NCBI GenBank assembly: GCA_035084275.1
Contig: CM068746.1
Coordinates: forward strand, 34,038,001 to 34,102,000
From: Hydrolagus colliei
Taxonomy: Eukaryota
Direction: 5' to 3'
DNA length: 64,000 bases
The notes beneath the pieces are model-generated. The model was not told the DNA's origin and did no database searches. It saw nothing but the letters and a program-made list of their open reading frames with translations. A program made the translations under genes and the position numbers. This document shows, one piece after another, positions 57,561-64,000 of this stretch (the stretch's first letter is position 1; each line of letters begins with the position of its first letter).

Positions 57561-58018
57561 CTCATCAGGACAGAACACATGTTAGCCACCTTTGGAGAAA
57601 GGTTTTGGTTGAAAGATGCTATTTACTCTGAGATCCATTATTTTGATGCCGCTTTGAATTCATTTAAAGTCAAATCTGATTGTTTGGAGTTTTGGTGTGC
57701 TCTGGTTGAGGCTAGATGATAAAGATCCCACAACACTATTGGAAAAGAGAAGGGAGTTTCTCTCTCCCAGTGCCTTGGCCAACTCCAGATAAAATTGGTT
57801 GCTCATTTCATTTTTTATTTGTGTGGGACATTGCAGTGTGCAAAATTGGCTGCCACATTGACCTACAAAATACAGTCATTGCACTTTTCCACGTACAGTA
57901 CCTATCAAGTGCTTTGATATATTTTGACGGCATGAGAAAGGGATACATGTGAAGGTTGTTACTGGGTATTGAACGGATGGCTTGAGCCCAGTTCAGAGCT
58001 ATCTTGTGCAATCCTATA

Positions 58019-58059
58019 TCTGAGGAGGAGGGAATGCACTGCATTCCCTCCTCCTCAGA
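58019..58059. repeat. Perfect inverted repeat, 20-bp arms with 1-nt spacer
   Basis: tctgaggaggagggaatgca-c-tgcattccctcctcctcaga. Confidence 0.95.
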
Positions 58060-60114
58060 CAAATGTTCGAGATGCACTGCTTTGCCTTAAAGAACACAAC
58101 TGAAGCAATTTGTTAACTTTGTTCATTGACAGCCCCTGTGGATTGTTGAAATTGGCCAATTAGAGAGAGTGGGGAGAGCCATATGCGCCACTATTCACAT
58201 TAACCCGGAATCAAAGTAATTCATTTAGCTCCAACCACTTCATATTTAACTTGAAAATATGACTGAAGAAATGTCATTTAAGCTTTCAAAGTTGCCGCAG
58301 GTTCTTGTCAGCACTTAGCTTTTCAAAACTGCAATGCAGAGTGTCGGAGAGAGCTCGTGAGTTGCTTGTTGAGGAGATCACAAGGTTAGTCTGGCTGAAG
58401 AAGGTGCTTTGGGCCAACTGATCTCATCCCTCCAGAACACCCACCCTACTGTCCCCCCATCATAATGTAAATGTGTCCCAGTGTCCTGGACTCAATCACC
58501 CTTCCTGCTAACCAGTTTCCTCTGGGTAAAGAAAAATGTCCTGATCTCTCCTGAAATTACCAAATCTTCTTTTGTTGTGGTAATGTTCTCCAGACTGGTT
58601 CCTGAGCCAGATGGGTCCGCAGGATTCCAGGGCACTGATATTACCAGCCCAGCCTGGCTCATTGGGAGGCATACATGTCCTTCCCACTCAGCTCCCATTA
58701 ATCCTATAAACCAAAGCCCTCAGGGTCCGATTGGACCTAGGACCTGGTCCTAACTGGACAAGCAGGGCAAAGCTTGCCAGGCAGTGCTCTCAGTGGCAAG
58801 GTGAATGGGATTAGCTATAAGGTTCCATCGGTTACCCCCAATGATCATTCTGGGGTTTCTAAGCCTTGTCTCTCCCTAACATGCATACTGCACACTCTGG
58901 AATTAGGAAAGCAGATGTATCCCTCCAGAGAGAAATTTCCAGGTGCGGATGGCATTCCACATGTGTTGAACTCTAAGTCTGGTCTTCAGAATGGTGGCAG
59001 GTTTCGGCATGTGTCATCACCTGGTTGAATGAAAAAAATGTAAAGAAGAACAAAAAAGAGGGCCGGAAGATGAATTAAAAACACAGCAAGTTTAGAAAAA
59101 AATACAAAAGAAAGAGATGACTAGGCACTGATCCCATTGAAGGTTTCTCTTAATAAAATGAAATTAAGTGGCGCAGGTATTTTCAGTTGAATTTGAAACC
59201 ATAAACTATTCCAGACCAGCGATCCACCAAAATAAATAAAAAGTTATTCACTTTTAGGGAATTTGCTCTCTGCAAATTCACTGCAACGTTCCTCAACAAA
59301 ATACCAAGTCACTACAATTTATTGTATTGTTTGTTTGAACTCCGTGTGCATATTGGCTGCTCCTTTCCCCTACAAAATATACAGTCACTTTACTGTTTGT
59401 GAGATACTACTGTGTGCACATTGGCTGCCATGTTCACCTACAAATGCAGTTACTAGGCTTTACCATAAATCCCGTGAAACGTGTTGAGACATTCTCCTTA
59501 CAAGGTGAGATGTGATGTCAAATACAAGGATTATAATATTGTATGCAGGTTATTTTTATCGTTTTTATTTTAAAAAACTGTCAAATTTCACATTACTGTT
59601 TCTGAACACTAAAACTAGTTTTATTCAAAATATAAAGCAGCTTGCAAGAGTGATATTTAATGGATTCATAAGGATCATCACATTCTCTCTGTTTAAAGCT
59701 GACTTCAGTGTAAATTGACAAACAGACCTGCAGGAAATGGTGAAAAGCCAAAGTGAAGCCTTATAAGTGAGGAGAGGTGAGGAGAGCCGCAGGGAGTGAG
59801 AGGTAATTATAATTATTGCATTTGATTTAGACCTTTTCACGTCTTCTAGACGTCTCAAACTCCTTTGCGGAATATACCGTAAAGTGAATTGACTGTATAT
59901 TTGTGGGTAAAACACACTTTTTAAACTTACGTGAGATAAATTATATGCGATAACATATTCACCATGACCCTCGTTCTTCCATTTGTTTGTCTTGTTAATT
60001 GTGTTAGGGTCCATCTTCCTTGTGATTATTGTGGATGTCACCATTGTGTCATCACAATTTCCAAAAAACACAGAGGCGTTCTAGCTCCCTGTCTGGTTTA
60101 CACATGGAATGCAT

Positions 60115-60520
60115 GTCAGCCTGGTTCAGTCACTTGAGCTCTGCCCTCTAACTTCAAGCCCCACATCAGGGATTTTGAGCTCACAGCTTAGGATGACGCG
60201 ACAGTGCAGTACTGGGGGAATGCTACATAACGGAGGTGCCTTCATTCGGGTGAGCGGTTTTACCGACGTTAAAGATTCTGCAGTTCTATTAGTAAAAGAG
60301 AAGGCAGTTTCTCTCTTTCAGTGTTCTGGCTGACAATTCTCCCAGATAAAATTGATCACTCACTTCATGGCTGTTTGTAGGTCATTGTTGTCTGAAAATT
60401 GACTGCTTCGTTCGCACATAAAACAGTCACTGAGTTGACAGTGAAATCCCGTGACACACTTTGAGACATTTCGACGACATGATAAGGAGTTATATCAAAT
60501 GCAAGAATCATATTGTTATT
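60115..60520 (+). mobile_element. Family A SINE
   Basis: gtcagcctggttcagtca head; cgttaaagattctg; tail gataaggagttatatcaaatgcaag. Confidence 0.75.
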
Positions 60521-61394
60521 TCTTTCCCCTCGAATCTTCACTCACCCCAGATTCAGATGAATGTGCTACTCCTCTCATTGTTTACCTGGAGTTGTTGGCG
60601 CAGAGCCAGCCGCTGTGATTGCCTGTGCAACCACATTCATTTTCCCAATTATATTTTGTGAAGTGCATTGGGACGTTTATTTCATGTGAAAGGGACTATA
60701 TAAATGGTAATAAATGCAAATCACCCCTGCTCCCAGATTCCAGGGTGCAGGAATATCTTGGCACAGATTCCAGGGATAATGCAGCATCGCTGGAGGTAGA
60801 AGAGACTGTCTATTCTCTTTTAAATATTTCACTGGTTCCCATATGCATTTAATGTATAAACAAGAATTGTGACTATCCCATTTTAAAGCATTAAATACCA
60901 CTCTTGCCACCATGTTTATGTTTTGGATGAAATTGCTGATATTATTCATCAGTGAAACCTGATGTATTTTTTTAATGAACTAGATAATTGGCTGTCTGGC
61001 TGTCACCTCGTCATCTTTACAAGATCAGATTGACAGCTGGCTACGGAATATGACTCCAAGAATGTTATAGTGCAGAAACATACTGATCAGTCAAGCACAG
61101 CTGTCCTGTGCTTTTCCCCTAGGGGCGAACACGGCAGCCAGTTTACACACGTTAATGTCCCACCAACAAACATGACGTGAATGGCCAGTTTTATTTAGTG
61201 GGATGGTTGCCCAGGACACCAGGAGAGAGAAACTCCTTTCTCCTTTTATGTAGCGACGTGGAACAACAAAAATAACAACAAAAACTTGCATTTATACAGG
61301 ATCCCTCAAGCAGGCTAACATATCAGAGTGCTTCAAACAACTGAACAGGCACAGATATTCAGATTTACCTCATCCAAAAGAAAGCATCTCCAAG

Positions 61395-61845
61395 TCAGTA
61401 CCCACCACTATGCTTAAGAGTATCCAGATCAAACAAAGTTCCATGCATCTAATCTATATTTAGAAATGTTCCTGTGTCTGGAATGGAATGCACACTCTCT
61501 CCCTGGAAGAGCGAACCTTGCCTAACTAATTCCTGAGAGTATTATCCCCAGGTTGACAAGAGGCAAGGCTTGGGGACCCCAGAGTGTGCATTAGGGGTAA
61601 CAGCTAACGTTTAACCAGCTAGAACTGCAAAACTTTCTATTGAGAGCACTGCCTGGCTTGTCCACCTAGGATCATCCTTATCTGTTAGAGCTTTCACTTG
61701 CATGGTTAACAGGAGCCGAGTGGAAAGAATCCCTGTCATCATTAACCATTCTGCCTCTCCAAGTCCTGCTGATGATTCAACTTGGCTTTGCTGTCATCAG
61801 CAGTGCCCTGGAACAATGCAGACCCGCCTGTATCAGGAAAGCACT
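61395..61845 (+). repeat. Unclassified interspersed repeat (longest copy)
   Basis: Shares blocks with 12635-12930, 16612-16760, 18535-18900, 34400-34480, 37630-37760 plus 38053-38160 (+) and 58595-58970, 63900-64000 (-). Confidence 0.6.
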
Positions 61846-61949
61846 GAATCACCTGTTTGTAATTCTTGAGACAGAACTTGGACAAGATGAGGGAGTTGAA
61901 GAATGTAGGTCAGATGGGCTGTAATGTGCTGGCCCCAATGCCTTGGTTA

Positions 61950-62165
61950 GGCATTCAGCCTTTCTGCCCCCACCCCCTGGAACTCCTTCACTGAGCCTCT
62001 CTATCTCAACCCTCCCCTGCCTTCTTCAAGCCCTGTCTCAACACCTTCCCATCCCCACCTCCTTGCTCTCCACCCTTCTTGACTTTCAGGTGCAAACGCT
62101 TCTGTCCAGTGCCTTGTCCTCTTGATGTGAAAGGCATTATATAAATATAATTCGTAGTTGTTTTT
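61950..62165 (+). mobile_element. L2 3' fragment
   Basis: gcattcagcctttctgccccca..; tail gatgtgaaaggcattatataaat. Confidence 0.65.
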
Positions 62166-62599
62166 CCCACATCCTGAATCCATGATATCTTCTGGCATCC
62201 ATGAAAGGCTGTTACTTGGCCACCCAGGATTGGGAACTCCAGCTTCGTCTTCAGTTTTGATGTAGTGGTCTTTTTGCTTGTAATTAATCTCTGTGTCACT
62301 GTATTAATAATCAGCGGCTGTCGCGTTCGATGAGACAGATCTGATGATTAATGTGCTGTAGTGGGTAATTATGTACACAATTTAACACTCATGTTGTGAG
62401 GGGTGTTGGCATGTGTGAACTATGGGTACAATAGGCAAAGTCGGGGCTTGTAAATCAGAACAGGTTACATAGAACACAGCGTGGGGGCCAGCTCACAGCT
62501 CCGTTACCAGAGAGCAGCTGAAACCTTTCCATTCTCAACTTGTGACAAATCGCTCTTGTTGCTAAGGGCAACAGATTTGAGAGTGCGCCAATAATAATG

Positions 62600-62997
62600 A
62601 ATCATACTCCTTACATTTGCTACTGTATCTTTCGGGTCAGCAGGGCGTCTCACAGCGCTTCACAGGGTTTCCTGTAAATTGTGATTGTGTATTTTGTGCA
62701 GCTCATTTGCACAAAGCAATGTTGCCACGAACAGCCATCAAGTGAATGACTGATTTTATGCGATTGTTCGGCAAGACATCAGGACAAACTCCCTTCTCTT
62801 GTGCTTAGGACTTTAATGTCCACCTAAGCAGGCAGACAAGTGTCGTGTTCAATGTCGCATCTGAAGTATGGCACCTCCGACATTGCAGCGTTCCCCCTAT
62901 CACTGCACTCGAGTGTCAGCCAAGAATGTGAAGAGATTGAACCCTCAATCTTCTGACTCGGGCACAAGAGTAATACCAACTGAGCCAAGCTGACACC
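62600..62997 (-). mobile_element. Family A SINE
   Basis: ttctgactcgggcacaagagtaataccaactgagccaagctgacac head (reversed). Confidence 0.75.
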
Positions 62998-64000
62998 AAG
63001 CTGGTATTTACAATACGATTTCACTCCACATGGCAACAAAAAATCCCCTTTTCCAAAAATATCAGAGTTCCTATAGTGCTACAGAAATACTGTACAGATT
63101 TCAAATGAGGAATGAATATGGGTGGATGTCAGACAGCAGAGATTAGTTACTCAGAGGGTATATTAATGATTGGCACAGGTTGCCAGGAAGAGGCAGGACA
63201 CTGGGTCTATTTTAAAAAGCAACGTGATGTTGTGATGGTGGACAGTACACTGGGTTTTCTGAGGGATGAGATGAAATGTGCCAAAGGGTCTTCTTCATCT
63301 GAACTAATGTCTCGGTGATAAATAATGTTAAATTAGTCACCATCAAAGCTTATTTTACAGTGATTTTCTCTGTATTTCAAATTAACCTCTAGATCCTGCA
63401 TTTGACCATACTCAGTGGTAGACCTCTCACTTCTGATTCTGTTGCGTTTGCCCACAGAATACACATTCGCTGCACTTTACAGTGAAATGTTCTGAGCCAT
63501 CATCCCGACGTAAAAGGAACTGTATGTTATGCAAGTATTATTAAATCGTGATAGATCCTGTATACTGGCTTGAGGCACTAAGATTTGATAAATTGACATA
63601 TACTGTGACTCACCGAATGCACATGGGCAAAGTTAATTGCAGAACAATGGGCGAGTGTCAGGAACAGAGAAGTCTCATTTGCTGCCTGAAAGAACAAGGA
63701 ATTTTGTGCAGTTTTGTTTGCAAAATAACTTAAAATCACTGTGTTAGTCTGTTTGTGTCTTTGAGGCCGAGTAAAAATATTCATATTTCATAACCATTCA
63801 AATTCACTAAAGGTGATGTGCTTCAGCGCTTTGGAACGTCCTCCCGACGTGAAAGGCGCTCTATAAATGTAATTTTGTTGTTGTTGGCAATAGCAAGTCG
63901 GTATCTAGCCTGTGGTGGTCTCTAGTTCGGTTCCAGAGCTAGGTCGGTCCACAGTACTCCAGGACACTGCTGATGAGAGCCAAGCCCAGATGGGTTGTCA

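Overview
Vertebrate genomic DNA, not prokaryotic. The repeat content (Deu-domain tRNA-SINEs, abundant L2 and CR1 LINE fragments, shark-type Penelope pseudo-LTRs) points to a cartilaginous fish, which is my inference. One complete protein-coding gene can be assembled by hand on the + strand: slc13a1 (Na+/sulfate cotransporter NaS1), 15 coding exons from 7198 to 24987, 1848 nt, 615 aa, with consistent intron phases. It has a candidate HNF1/GATA promoter and poly(A) signals near 26.1-26.2 kb. The remaining ~37 kb holds no recognisable coding exons, only retroelement debris between unique non-coding islands. The most notable structures are: (1) Penelope-like pseudo-LTRs carrying minimal hammerhead ribozymes, including a TSD-flanked hairpin insertion and a copy whose homology ends exactly at the predicted self-cleavage site; (2) a 915-bp TG..CA solo-LTR-like insertion with a 4-bp TSD splitting a CR1 in intron 1; (3) a decayed duplicate of the exon 7 donor region just upstream of an enlarged, highly charged exon 5; (4) an atypical exon 11 donor; (5) a perfect 41-bp palindrome; (6) an unclassified interspersed repeat. 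I cannot claim a wholly new biological system. Repeat boundaries are approximate (read by eye); exon boundaries were counted base by base.
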